A DNA stretch of 64,000 bases from the NCBI GenBank assembly GCA_965221125.1, contig CBDCRW010000006.1, positions 160,001-224,000 on the forward strand. The letters are read 5' to 3'. Source of the DNA: Alphaproteobacteria bacterium (GTDB taxonomy: Bacteria > Pseudomonadota > Alphaproteobacteria > UBA828). The position numbers and the translations under genes were made by a program. Under the pieces are notes generated by a model that had not been told where the DNA came from, did no database searches, and saw only the letters and a program-made list of their open reading frames with translations. This document shows positions 39,022 to 49,900 of this stretch, one piece after another (positions within the stretch are counted from its first letter, which is position 1; each line of letters starts with the position of its first letter).

Positions 39022-40962
39022 GTGTCAAACGAATCGCCGGAGGTCATAATTGTCCGCTCCCTTGCTGAGTCTGACCTTGGTCTATTCGCAGCTCACCGTA
39101 AGGCCGCCCGGAGCAAACAACGAGCAATCAATATCAACTCGTCCATTGCCCGCAAGTTTCTGAGTCCCGCCGTCTACAAGCTTGGCAAAACGAAACTCAA
39201 CTGCATCTGTGTTTTCGGAGACACGGTAGTCCGAGAGGCCCGACGATTCGGGAAGACGCATAAGAACTGGCGTCTTGGTGGCAAGAAGATTGAAGGAGAG
39301 ATCTTTGCCACACTCGACAGCAAGGATTTTGCCTTAATCCGGTCTGTTGCCGGCAATGACGGGTCTTATCCGGTAACGATCACGTTTGTATCACGTCACA
39401 CGAATAGGGTCGTTCACGCCGGTCTTGCCGCTGTGGTCGAACGAAAACTGACTGACAGTATGACGATATTTGAAGAAGGTGTTGACGGATTTGGCTCCAT
39501 CGCCGAACACTGTCCTTGTCTGAGTTGGGACGAAGCACCTGCAGGGCCGCGTTCACCAGCGGGCCGGTCTCGGCCGATACCTCCGATGCCAACGGAGGAC
39601 AGCGAGGCCCGCCCTCGCAAGGCCAGAACGATCAGGGACAAGGTGCGTAGTCCTCACATCCTTGAAAGGATGCTGCGGGTGGCTGGCGATCTGTCGGCAC
39701 CTGCTCAACTGCGCTTTATGGAAACGGTGGAACAGCTTGCAAGCCAGCTACGACACGTGCTGATTGAGACCGGAGGAATCCAACGCATAGAGAAGAATCA
39801 CCGAAATCTTTGGGGCAGTGTCGCTGGTCGGCCGATCGGTTTCGTGGACGGTGGTCTTGCTAATCTTTCCATGCTTGGATCAGCGCCGATCGCGGCTCGA
39901 GTGGGCGGCTATACCGTTATACCCGGCGTGCATGGGGAGGAGCGGGAGAGATTTGTAGTCCTGAAACACCTTATCGATGAGCTCTACGCTCATGACCAGG
40001 AGGCTGTTTACGAGGACACCTTTCCCGATATCGGCGCGCTTCGGGATGCTGCTCGTATTTCGATCGAGGCGGCTGGCGCGGTCCGGTTGCTTGCCGACCA
40101 GAGCGATCTGTCGTGGGTGTTCCTCCACGGTGCACTTGTAAACCCTGTGTCCCGCTATACAGATGTCATGCGGGATCGTAGGGTGCGGCACCGTTTCCCT
40201 AACTTTTCGAAGTCAGCGCTAACAGAGCTCTTGCCGACGGGGGAGCCACCAAGGCGTGGCCGAGATTGTAATTTCATCAGTGTCCATCTCAGGCAGCTCG
40301 AATTTCTTTCAGATGCAGAGGCAGTTGTCTGCGGTGTGATAGAGCGAGAGAGCACAACCACCTCAGTTTGTCGGGCTGTGCTTGACAGTCTTGAGGACGA
40401 CCTGATCCGCGATTTCTTGCCCTTACCGCCGGCTGAGTGGAAGCGCTGGTTCCGCACTGCCGTTGACCCGTCAGATGATGATGAGTTCGAAGGTCAGCGG
40501 ATCACGGACTCGTTGCTGTTCCGGTGCGTGCTTGAACCTGGCGAGGCGCTTCTGCCCGTGATGGTTGATCGTAACGATATGCGGCGGGCGCCAGATGCGT
40601 GGCGGGACCTTATTGTTCGTTATCCTAAGCCACATGTTTCCTATATTCAGGTGACAGAATGGAGCGCGCCTGTGAGACTGGAACTGTTTGAAAAGGACCT
40701 GGGACGGTTCCGGAACACAGCCGGTCTAGTCTTGCATTGCGCGTTACTGCTTCCCCGCTACGCCTTTCCTGTAGGTCTCGATATTGTGGACAAATTCGCT
40801 CGGATTCCGAACTGGATGAGTCGACCGATAAACACTCACACTGCTGTGCAAGCTATGAAGCAAGCCCTTGACCGGGGAGATACGCGGCTGTTTGACGCCT
40901 TGCGCCACACGCTATGCGGATCCGGTCGAGAATTCTTGCTTCGTCCTGGCATATATCGATAG
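39022..40962 (+). CDS. NurA-like nuclease fused to an N-terminal ~165-aa putative DNA-recognition domain
   Basis: C-terminal part: 'IGFVDGG', 'R...E', 'VFLHGAL' (usually D-G), 'RYAFPVGLDIVDKFA' resembling the NurA 'GYP..L..A' end; sits directly before HerA; Pro-rich linker separates the N-domain. Confidence 0.65.
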   Translation: MSNESPEVIIVRSLAESDLGLFAAHRKAARSKQRAININSSIARKFLSPAVYKLGKTKLNCICVFGDTVVREARRFGKTHKNWRLGGKKIEGEIFATLDSKDFALIRSVAGNDGSYPVTITFVSRHTNRVVHAGLAAVVERKLTDSMTIFEEGVDGFGSIAEHCPCLSWDEAPAGPRSPAGRSRPIPPMPTEDSEARPRKARTIRDKVRSPHILERMLRVAGDLSAPAQLRFMETVEQLASQLRHVLIETGGIQRIEKNHRNLWGSVAGRPIGFVDGGLANLSMLGSAPIAARVGGYTVIPGVHGEERERFVVLKHLIDELYAHDQEAVYEDTFPDIGALRDAARISIEAAGAVRLLADQSDLSWVFLHGALVNPVSRYTDVMRDRRVRHRFPNFSKSALTELLPTGEPPRRGRDCNFISVHLRQLEFLSDAEAVVCGVIERESTTTSVCRAVLDSLEDDLIRDFLPLPPAEWKRWFRTAVDPSDDDEFEGQRITDSLLFRCVLEPGEALLPVMVDRNDMRRAPDAWRDLIVRYPKPHVSYIQVTEWSAPVRLELFEKDLGRFRNTAGLVLHCALLLPRYAFPVGLDIVDKFARIPNWMSRPINTHTAVQAMKQALDRGDTRLFDALRHTLCGSGREFLLRPGIYR

Positions 40963-40985
40963 AGAAAAACACACAGGCGGACGTT

Positions 40986-42749
40986 GTGAACGAGCTTGAA
41001 CAAAACGGATGGCGAAAAATCGGCACCGTAGTCGGCAATGCGGGTACTGCAGAGTTCACGTTTATTCTAAAGCATTTTGAGGCACGAGTGGGTGACATTG
41101 TAGCCCTCGGTATGCAGATACCGGACAGCGCATATCAAGGGCGAACACGAATCTATGTCTGGACCAGAATCACAGACATCAGACGCTTCAACCCGTTCTT
41201 TCCATATGAGGCTGCACAAGAAATTGCGGGAGAGGGTATATCCCTCGAAGATACAGTCCTATCTGATACGCGTGACCAGCTTGAGGCCGTGGCCCTGATT
41301 CTTGGAACAACACCAGAAACTGAGCTTTCCCACCTCTCACCGCTCACCTATCCGGTCAAGCCAGCCTCGTCGGTCTATCACCCACCCGCCGAGGCTATCC
41401 GCCGGCTCTTGATCGGCGGCCGGGAGGATGAACGCAAGACGCTGATTGGTTCTCTCATCGCGCGCAGCGATGTCGAGGTAACACTGTCCGCGCCTCGCCT
41501 TGTTGCCCGTCATCTTGCCATCCTGGCCATGACAGGAGGCGGAAAGACCGTTGCTGCACGGCGCATCATTCGCGAGCTTATCACTCATCAATACCCATTG
41601 CTGATACTTGATCCACACGGTGACTACGTGGGACTCGCGAACAGCAGTGAGCTCTTCGAGAGGGAAGCTCCAGGGTCGACGATCAAGCTCTTCTATCCGG
41701 ATTTGCTCATGCAGCAGTCGGGCGAGGCTCTGATTGAAAAGGTCATTGGTCAGATGACCGACGGCCTTAGCGAACCCCAGTCGGATTATCTCCGCTCCGT
41801 CTTCAACGCCCAAGCTGCAAAGGATGGCGAGCCAGCGATCGACTATATAGAGCGGCTACTGAAGCGTACCGATAGCGACATCGCGAACGCACGCGATAAG
41901 CGCCAAGTACCCACCATGTACGCTGTGAGGCGTTCGCTCCGCATCGTTCACGGCAGGCTCGACAGCATGCGCCGCACGAGTGAGATGATGCGCCGCAGCT
42001 CTCGGCTGCGTCATTTGCCTTTTGAAGCGTTGCCAAATCCCTTTAGTCAGCCCGAGGACATTGTCCAACCTGGGCAAGTCTCTATCCTGTATCTGGGCGG
42101 CTACGACCACATCACGCAATGTTCAATTGCCGCCATTACGTTGGAAACGTTGTTTGAGTTCAGAGCCAATCTGACGGGGCGCATCGCCCCGTTCCTGACT
42201 GTCGTCGAAGAAGCACACAATTTCATTCCGTCGGCCCGCGAGGGCACACAGGACGCCGTTTCGCTCCCTGTCATGCGTCGCGTAATCACGGAAGGCAGGA
42301 AATTTGGCACAGGACTGATGCTGATTTCACAGCGGCCGAGCCGGCTGGACGAAACCATCGTCTCGCAATGCAATTCCTTCCTAATCCTTCGACTTGTCAA
42401 CCCCCGAGATCAAAATTTCGTTCGTTCCATTATGGAAAATCTCACCGAATCCGACGCGCGAATGATTCCGGGCTTTGGACCGGGGCAAGGAATTGTCAGC
42501 GGTCAGGTTGTGCGCTTTCCCCTCCCAGTGCGCGTAAAGATGGACGAGGATCTCTTGGCGTCCGAGATCGGCGATGAGGATTTCTTCGAACAGGCTGCTG
42601 CATGGCAGCCTGATGCGCACGCACCTGCCCGCAAGGCCATCGGCAACTCGATTTCCGCTGTGAACCGAAGTCGCCGAAAAGCGGGTTCGGCATCTACCTC
42701 CAAAGCTAAGACGCGGCGACGACGATCACCTAAGACGCAGCAAGAATAA
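40986..42749 (+). CDS. HerA/FtsK-family ATPase (HAS barrel plus DUF87)
   Basis: N-terminal barrel 'KIGTVVG', 'RHLAILAMTGGGKT', 'ILDPHGDY', 'VVEEAHNF', 'EGRKFG.GL.LISQRPS.LD'. Confidence 0.9.
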   Translation: MNELEQNGWRKIGTVVGNAGTAEFTFILKHFEARVGDIVALGMQIPDSAYQGRTRIYVWTRITDIRRFNPFFPYEAAQEIAGEGISLEDTVLSDTRDQLEAVALILGTTPETELSHLSPLTYPVKPASSVYHPPAEAIRRLLIGGREDERKTLIGSLIARSDVEVTLSAPRLVARHLAILAMTGGGKTVAARRIIRELITHQYPLLILDPHGDYVGLANSSELFEREAPGSTIKLFYPDLLMQQSGEALIEKVIGQMTDGLSEPQSDYLRSVFNAQAAKDGEPAIDYIERLLKRTDSDIANARDKRQVPTMYAVRRSLRIVHGRLDSMRRTSEMMRRSSRLRHLPFEALPNPFSQPEDIVQPGQVSILYLGGYDHITQCSIAAITLETLFEFRANLTGRIAPFLTVVEEAHNFIPSAREGTQDAVSLPVMRRVITEGRKFGTGLMLISQRPSRLDETIVSQCNSFLILRLVNPRDQNFVRSIMENLTESDARMIPGFGPGQGIVSGQVVRFPLPVRVKMDEDLLASEIGDEDFFEQAAAWQPDAHAPARKAIGNSISAVNRSRRKAGSASTSKAKTRRRRSPKTQQE

Positions 42750-43210
42750 TGGTGGACGTACTGACACCGGAGCAGCGTCGCCTAAATATGAGTCGTGTCC
42801 GGGGGCGCGATACGAAACCCGAGATGCTACTACGACGGGCTTTGCATGCTCGTGGATTGCGTTTTCGTTTGCATCGCCGCGACCTGCCGGGCAGACCCGA
42901 CCTTGTGTTCTCTCGTTACCGCGCTTGTCTGCTGGTTCACGGGTGCTTTTGGCACGGTCACGACTGTGCCCTTTTTCAGTGGCCAGCAACGCGTCGAGAA
43001 TTTTGGATCCAAAAGATTGCAGCAAACCGCCAGCGTGATCAGGAAACACTCAATAGGTTGATGGAATCGGGATGGCGTGTTTTGGTCGTTTGGGAATGCG
43101 CGCTGAGAGGGACTGGGAGAAAGGATTTTCCGGCAGTCATAGACGAGTGTGTGAGTTTTGTTACCGGTCTCAACTTAGAAGCCGAAATTGCGGGGTACAA
43201 ACGAATCTAG
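42749..43210 (+). CDS. vsr: Very-short-patch repair endonuclease
   Basis: 'D.LTPEQR..NMSRVR.RDTKPE', 'LPGRPD', 'VHGCFWHGH', 'GWRVLVVWEC'. Confidence 0.95.
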   Translation: MVDVLTPEQRRLNMSRVRGRDTKPEMLLRRALHARGLRFRLHRRDLPGRPDLVFSRYRACLLVHGCFWHGHDCALFQWPATRREFWIQKIAANRQRDQETLNRLMESGWRVLVVWECALRGTGRKDFPAVIDECVSFVTGLNLEAEIAGYKRI

Positions 43211-43527
43211 ATCGCAGTACCGCTGGTGGCTCAAGGCCTCCGAGGAGCACTGGGAGCGCTTCCGCAGCCTGTGGCGCCGCGCCAAGGTGCTCGACGTGTG
43301 AATCGACACCCTGCCCGCCCATACGGACTGGCTGGAGCGCAACGAGCGCCTGCGCCGGGAGGGCAGGGCGATCCTCGACGATCCCGGGACCTACGGCGTC
43401 CACCTCAAGCGCGGGGACGACTTCGTGGAACCCCGTGGCCGACCCGGTGTCGCGGATGAACCGCCTCTCGCCGCAGCACCGGGCCCAGTCGCAAAGCCGC
43501 GACAGGGGGCGGTCATGGAGCATGTAA
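43211..43527 (+). pseudogene. Decayed 3' end of a second relaxase gene
   Basis: Translates to 'EHWERFRSLWRRAKVLDV*IDTLPAHTDWLERNERLRREGRAIL...GVHL' and ends 'SRDRGRSWSM*', paralleling the intact relaxase's 'DHWRRWPELG...EELPAHAAWREEG..L...GRSLL' and 'SRGRGMSM*'. Confidence 0.6.
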
Positions 43528-43798
43528 GCGCTTTGGAGGAGGCGCGGAATATCCCGGCGAAAGCCCGGCGCGTGCAGGGTAGCATTACCCGCCGCTCACC
43601 GGCACCCTGTAACCGCCGTTCATGAGCTTGAGCGCCTGCTTGGCTGAATGGAGTTCGGTTCATACTCCACCTCATTATACCGTTGGGGGTCGCGCTCGGA
43701 GAGCCGCGTTCGTGGTGAGAGCTCTAGCCGTTGTTTGGTTGCTCAGCAGGTTCGGGTATCTGGATCATGGTCCCCAGGAATGACTCGAGGTCGCTGCC

Positions 43799-45028
43799 GT
43801 GAACACCTCGCCGCTGCTGATTACCGCACATGACGATGAGCTGGTCGGGGCGTCCAACCCCGCGGACGCGATGGGCGTTCTCGCGATATGGTCCATCAGA
43901 GGCCGAGACCTTGTCCCGCATCTCACAGAGCAGACAACCAACGTTCGGGGCTTTCAGATCCTCGTGGAGGCCTTCCGCCTATGGGAGCTCTACGAGCCCG
44001 CACACCCAGAGCACGCCGGCCGGCTGGACGATTTCTTTCTGCTGATTGAGCAAGCCTTCGCCCGCGTCGTTGGTTGGCGTGACGGGGACTGGTACTTGCC
44101 CGGTGCCCATCGGGTGCGAGCGCGATCCTCGGAAACGCCTCGGATATCACTGGAGGACTTGGGCTGGCACCTGCTTGGTGGCCAGAAGGCGAACGGACTG
44201 TGGGGACTATATCGGGGGGCGTCACGACGGGCAGGGCTGCTAACAGACGATATGACGCGGCTCTCCGATGAGACGATGAACGAGGCCAAGAGAAACGCAG
44301 GAGTCGTGGGTCGGGCCCAAACGCGACTGTTCAGGGCAGTGCGGGATGCGATGGATGGCCGCACGGTCGAGCTTCCGACGCACAGGAACAACGCGCTACC
44401 CAACGCGCTTTACGAAACGTTCTGGGATGTGCCGCTCGCCGATCATTTGCATGTGCGGCTGATTGAAGGGCATGACCTAAACAGACAGCTCGCCGAGCGT
44501 CTGCTCGATATTGAAGAACTTGCACACCGAAATTTTCTCAGCGATGCGGCCCGAGATCTGCCCGAACATCGAGCCAAGATCAAGGATGCGGTTCGCTGCG
44601 AAGACTTTCTCGCCGTTGTGGAGGCGGTCTTCCGCTGGCTTTGCGCCAGAAAGGGCAAGACGGTCGAAGCTGCGGTGGAGGACCTTCCTGTCGATTTGGA
44701 TACGCTTTCCGCGGCGCGCGACTCGTTCGAGCACTCCGGCTTCTACGGAAGAGGAACCGCGCGAGAACGTCAACGTCGGTTCCGTGAGGAACTCGACCCG
44801 TCGAGCAAGGTCAAGTTAGCGCGCTCGGTGCTCCTGCTCCACGAGATGGTGAGCGAGGAGAGGAAGCGGGCTCCTAGGGTGTGGGAGGAACAAGGCGTGC
44901 TGTTGAGCGACGTGGAAGTGGACCCTCCATCCAAACGCGAGCTTCGGGTGGGAGCGGCTTGGTGCAACGATTACTACCTCGCACCGCTGCAAAACATCGT
45001 TAAGCAGCTTGCGGAGGTGCGCGAGTGA
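43799..45028 (+). CDS. Hypothetical protein, first gene of a three-gene defence-like operon
   Basis: 409-aa ORF GTGA-coupled to the PLD gene; N-terminal 'DAMGVLAIWS..GR.LVP.LT..T..VRGF' motif. Confidence 0.7.
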   Translation: MNTSPLLITAHDDELVGASNPADAMGVLAIWSIRGRDLVPHLTEQTTNVRGFQILVEAFRLWELYEPAHPEHAGRLDDFFLLIEQAFARVVGWRDGDWYLPGAHRVRARSSETPRISLEDLGWHLLGGQKANGLWGLYRGASRRAGLLTDDMTRLSDETMNEAKRNAGVVGRAQTRLFRAVRDAMDGRTVELPTHRNNALPNALYETFWDVPLADHLHVRLIEGHDLNRQLAERLLDIEELAHRNFLSDAARDLPEHRAKIKDAVRCEDFLAVVEAVFRWLCARKGKTVEAAVEDLPVDLDTLSAARDSFEHSGFYGRGTARERQRRFREELDPSSKVKLARSVLLLHEMVSEERKRAPRVWEEQGVLLSDVEVDPPSKRELRVGAAWCNDYYLAPLQNIVKQLAEVRE

Positions 45029-46923
45029 ACGACCTGAACACGGTGCGGACGCGAATCGAGCGGGCATCGCAGTACTTCCGCGAGATGCACGGCGTCGTGC
45101 TGACCACGTTCAACTTGAACGGGGAGTTCCTCGAGGACCACGCATTACCCGCCGTTCTTGGCGTCGATGCGAGCACCTCCGCAGGTCGCCGAGCAGAGCT
45201 TCACCAGCGCCTCGGAACGACGCCCTGCACGGTCTTCTACGATCCGGCGACCCAGCCCAGGATATCGGGCCGATACCGATATGTCGCGCGGCCAATGCCG
45301 ATCCGCGGCCGCTTCTTTCACCCAAAGCTCGTCGTCATCGCCGGCCGATCGGAGAACCGCACGACCTGGGTGTATCTGGCGGTCTCGTCGGCCAATCTTA
45401 CTCTTTCCGGGTGGGGACGGAATGCTGAATCATTCGGCGAGACATGGATTCACACACGTGGCCAACAGGCATGGACGGCTCTTGATGCCCTGTTTGACTG
45501 GCTAAGTTCTCACAGCTCTTTGGGAGAGAAGCAAGGCAGCACCGACGCCGTGGCCCGTGTCCGCGCCGCTTTGGCGCGTATGCCCAACCGAAGACGCTTC
45601 AGCAACGACGATTCGGAGCCTTGGTCGGGCACGCTTCACGCCGACCTGTATGTGTCGGTTGTGCACACTTCGGGGTTTGCCGAGTTTCTCCGGGGCAAGC
45701 GCGCCCGGGGTCCCTCCGAGCTGTGGGCGTACAGCCCATACTGGAGCGACGTGACCGAGCAGGTAGCGAAATTTGATGCGCAAGAGACCGTGCTCGTTCC
45801 GGCGCTTCGCACCGACGGGGGCGCGCTCGGGCTCTCACGGGAGCAGGTGGAGGAACTCAGCGACGGAATCAAGATTTTCCGCAACGAGCGAGACGTTGGA
45901 GACCGGTTCTGGCACATGAAGGCGTACTGGGCTCGGCAAGGGGAGAGGATTCGCACTGCCGTCGGCAGCTGCAATTTCACACACGCCGGACTCTCCGGCA
46001 GTGATGGGAACGTCGAGGCAATGCTCGTGCTGGACGGCGAGCCTGAATCGCTTCCTGAAGGCGCGGAAATCGAGGACGACGACTTCGCTGAAGAAACAGA
46101 GGCTGAGGAGGGCAAGCCCGAGGCGGCTCCTGTGGCCATCGTGGTGGCGTGGGATTGGAGAGCCAGCGCTTGGCGATGGTGGCTGGAAGCGGGCCCGCGC
46201 CAGCGCAGCTTCATGCTGTGCGTTCCCGGTCTCGCTTCATTTCGGATCAAGTCGGGTGTCGGGAAAAAGCCAAGCATGCCACCCAAGCCAAGCGCAAACT
46301 TCACCGTGTTCTACCGCGCCGACCAAGATCCAGCCGAATGGCAAGGTCAGGTCGTCGAACTGAACCTTGACTATAGCTCGAGGACTTACGGTCGGCGGCT
46401 CACCGCAAACGAGATACTCGAGAGTTGGCGAGGCAGGGCGCCCACATGGGATCCAGGGGGAGGGGGAGGCGGAGGGAATGGCGATCCGAGTGACGAGGAC
46501 GACGACTTGGACGGCGACACCCCCGCCGCATTCAACGCCGTAAATCTGTTCGATTTCTACAGATCGATGAGCGCGCTGCGCAGTAAGGTACGGGCGCTGG
46601 ACGAGGATCAGGACATCCAACGTGGATATCTCGTTGGCCGACCGGACAGCGTCATGGCCCTTGCCCACCTTGTTGACCGAGACGATGAAGCGCCAATCGT
46701 GCGATTTCTAGTCCTCCGTGAACTGCACGCCGTCGCCTCGACTTGGGCAAACATTCTTGATGCGGAGCTTGTGGAACGGATCGGACAAATGACGAGAACG
46801 GCCCGAGATCGCACTTACGCCCGACTCCGGCAAGAACTGGATGGGAATAAGAAGAAGGCCGACCGCATGCTCGATTGGTTCGAAAACGAGCTCTCTAGAC
46901 TCGACGGCGAGATGGACGCGTGA
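45025..46923 (+). CDS. Phospholipase D-superfamily (HKD) nuclease-like protein
   Basis: Two HxK motifs: 'FHPKL...VSSANLT..GW..N.E' and 'WHMKAY...VGSCNFT..G'. Confidence 0.8.
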   Translation: MNDLNTVRTRIERASQYFREMHGVVLTTFNLNGEFLEDHALPAVLGVDASTSAGRRAELHQRLGTTPCTVFYDPATQPRISGRYRYVARPMPIRGRFFHPKLVVIAGRSENRTTWVYLAVSSANLTLSGWGRNAESFGETWIHTRGQQAWTALDALFDWLSSHSSLGEKQGSTDAVARVRAALARMPNRRRFSNDDSEPWSGTLHADLYVSVVHTSGFAEFLRGKRARGPSELWAYSPYWSDVTEQVAKFDAQETVLVPALRTDGGALGLSREQVEELSDGIKIFRNERDVGDRFWHMKAYWARQGERIRTAVGSCNFTHAGLSGSDGNVEAMLVLDGEPESLPEGAEIEDDDFAEETEAEEGKPEAAPVAIVVAWDWRASAWRWWLEAGPRQRSFMLCVPGLASFRIKSGVGKKPSMPPKPSANFTVFYRADQDPAEWQGQVVELNLDYSSRTYGRRLTANEILESWRGRAPTWDPGGGGGGGNGDPSDEDDDLDGDTPAAFNAVNLFDFYRSMSALRSKVRALDEDQDIQRGYLVGRPDSVMALAHLVDRDDEAPIVRFLVLRELHAVASTWANILDAELVERIGQMTRTARDRTYARLRQELDGNKKKADRMLDWFENELSRLDGEMDA

Positions 46924-49900
46924 GGCCTTTCACCCGACCAGTGCGGCCCCAGGACGTGGGAGACCTCATCGACCTCACAGTGGTGGGCGACAACGAATCG
47001 CAGTCGATGGCCGATTTGCAGCTTGAGGGCGTCGCGGCCATTTACAACATTCTCTGCCAGCACAATTTTGCCTACCTGGCCGACGAGGTGGGCATGGGCA
47101 AGACGTACCAAGCGCTCGGGCTGGTTGCGCTCTTGTGGAATGAGATGCCAGACGCACGCGTGCTGTTCATCAGCCCTCGCCAGAACCTTCAGGTGAAGTG
47201 GCACGGAGACTACATCCGCTTCTTCGCCTCGAACTATCGCCGAGAGCAGGGACTAGGGGATGACCGGGCGGCGTCGGTGCTGTTCGGCGAGCCGCTTCAT
47301 CGGCCGGTGTTGTTCCATAACCTGAGAAGCTGGACGTCGACGATTGGCCTATCCGAGCGCATCGCGCCTTTTGTCCGACACACCAGCTTTACGCGGCCGG
47401 TCTACCTGACATCCAAAGACCTCGGCGACATGGATGACCTTTGGGAAAAGACCAGCAGACGGCTCCGCAGTTGCGGCCTGTTCGGGGTCGAGCCGCCCCG
47501 CGGTCTGACGGAGGACAACGCTCCGCTTCTACTCAATCTCGAATTCGCTGGGGCCGTAAACGCAAGACTCACCCGGGAGGTCGGCGAACGGCCTTATTTC
47601 GATCTCGTCATCGTAGACGAGGCTCAATGTCTGCGAAATCCCTGCAACCAGACAAACCGCGTGCTGTTCGCCATGCTAAAGGGTCATGTAAGGAAGTGGC
47701 TCTTCATGAGCGCGACGCCCGCCCACGGCGGACCTGAGGATCTCCCGAAAATCCTCAACCACTATCCGAACGGCGGCGAGGTTCTCGATCCAGATCTCGT
47801 TCACGATCTGCCGGCCATGCAAAAGGCCTTACAAGCTTTCCTTGTACGCCGACAGCGAAGCTATCGGGCAGCAGGGCCCAACAAGATGGTGCGAAAGGGC
47901 GAATATCGCAAGCATGACTCCAAGGACTGGGGCGTTCGAGACGATGAGATGAGCCCGCTGGCGACGCTAGCGACGGGGCTCGTCCAGAAGGGATTGGTGA
48001 ATGTTCTCCGCGGGAGGAGCAATCGGTACCGCATTGGATTTCTCTCCTCCTTCGAGAGCCTGCAGACCTCGCTAAATCGCACGCTGCCCGCATCCGTCTC
48101 GGACAGCGATGCGCAAGATGAGCAGGTGGCCGGGGACTGGCACCGCGACCAGGTAGACACCTTCACCGAGCCCGAGGCGCCCGACACCGACTTCATCGAG
48201 AAGCTGGCGTCCTCTTTCGAGGATCGCTTCGCCATGCCGATGCCGCATCCCAAGGTCGACTCCGTGGTGGACCGTGTCGCCCCGCTCGCATTTGGCGCTG
48301 ATGATGAGAAAGGTGGAGCAAAGTTCCTCATTTTCACGCGACGGGTCAGCACTGTGGATGCGTTGTGCAGTCGGCTGATGTACCGATACCACCGGAGCAT
48401 AGAGCAGCGGATATGGAGGTGCTGGGACACCGCGCTCGACTGGAGCGGCAAGAGCGTCCGTGTCGAGGATTCTGACGGCTCCGAGGATCCCGAAGCGTTC
48501 GATGCCGACCCGGGTGAAAGCCCCTTTCGTCGCGCGATGTCGAACAAGGGGTGGCTCTTTCGCTATCGCCAGACGTTTCGCGCGAGCGGCAGGAACGCAC
48601 TGTTCTTCGAGGATGGCTGGTTGCGGCGTCTGTGTTACGCCGGCGGCGTTGATCCAAGTGAAGCCGCAGACGAATTCCCGGAAGAGCTGTGGGCGGAGAG
48701 TTGGACACACGCATCTCGATCGGCCGGGCCACGTCAGAACCAGTATCGTGCGGAGAGGGCTCGCTATCTCGCCGTACAGGGGATCCGCCGGGCTCCTCAT
48801 GTGTTCGGCCTCGATGTCGAGAGTGCAGCTCCATGGCGGACCGCCTACGAGGCGGCGCTCCACGAGCACCTCGATCGAGCGGAGCCTGCTGACGACCCGC
48901 ATTACGCGCCAGAGCTATTCACACAGCGGACGCTGTGGACGGAATGGGATGACCGCATTTCCGACGAGCATTTGAGCCTTCCCGTCGCTATGCCCGAGGG
49001 TGTTGGGGCTGAGTTCAATCGCGACAAGCTGTGCGATGAGTTGTGTCGTCGGCAAGTCGTGCGCACGGTGCTGGGGCAGACATTTCGGTTGACGGACGTG
49101 CTGCTCGATTTGTACTTCGCCAACGAACAGGCAGAGCGGGACGCAGACGTGTTCCCGCGTCGCTTTCTGGACTGGCTACTATCGGCCGATCCTGGCGCCC
49201 GCCAAGTCCAAGCCGATTGCGTCCAGTGGATACAGCACATTCGCCTCATCGTGGATAGCTGTCTGGACGGGGCCGGTCAAAGTTGGCGTGTACTGGCTCG
49301 CGAAGAAAGCTGGCCCCAGCTCTACAATCCTTTGGCGGTTATCGGGGTGGTCGGCGGATCGGGCGCCCATCGCGTCGCGACGAGGCAGTTCCGCACGCCG
49401 TCACTTCCACGCGTGATCGTCTGCACCGATACGTTGAAGGAGGGTGTGGACCTGCACCTCTTTTGCGATCGAGTTCTTCACTACGGCGTCGCTTGGACCT
49501 CCGGGGACCTTGAGCAGCGCGTCGGCCGCGTGGACCGTTTCTTTTCGCAGATCGAGCGACGCCTTCGCTCCGAGGGCGCCCCTCCGGATGTGGTCCTTGG
49601 TGTTGGATACCCGCATGTGGTCGCTTCGCTCGAACGAGCGCAGATCGACCGCGTGATCGAGCGCCAGAAGCGGGCCGAGCAGCTGATGGATTCCCCGCTC
49701 GCCGGCACTCGGCGCGAAAGCAGGGAACTGGTCGTCGGCGCCGGAGCGCCGCGCGCGGCTGAGAGCGCGCTGGAGCCCTACGCGCGCAAACGGAATCAAT
49801 ACCCGCGAAATGGGCGTCAGGTCGTGGTCGTGTCGAAGCGGGACGCCCGAAAAAGCGTGGAGCACTATTGCTCCTGGTACGACGAGCTCACGAACGCGGT

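Noticed and set aside
43528-43798. Possible structured ncRNA upstream of the PLD/helicase operon (short hairpins TGCAGGGT/ACCCTGTA, TGGAGT/ACTCCA)
   Set aside because: Stems are short, match no family I recognise, and there is no RT nearby to suggest a retron
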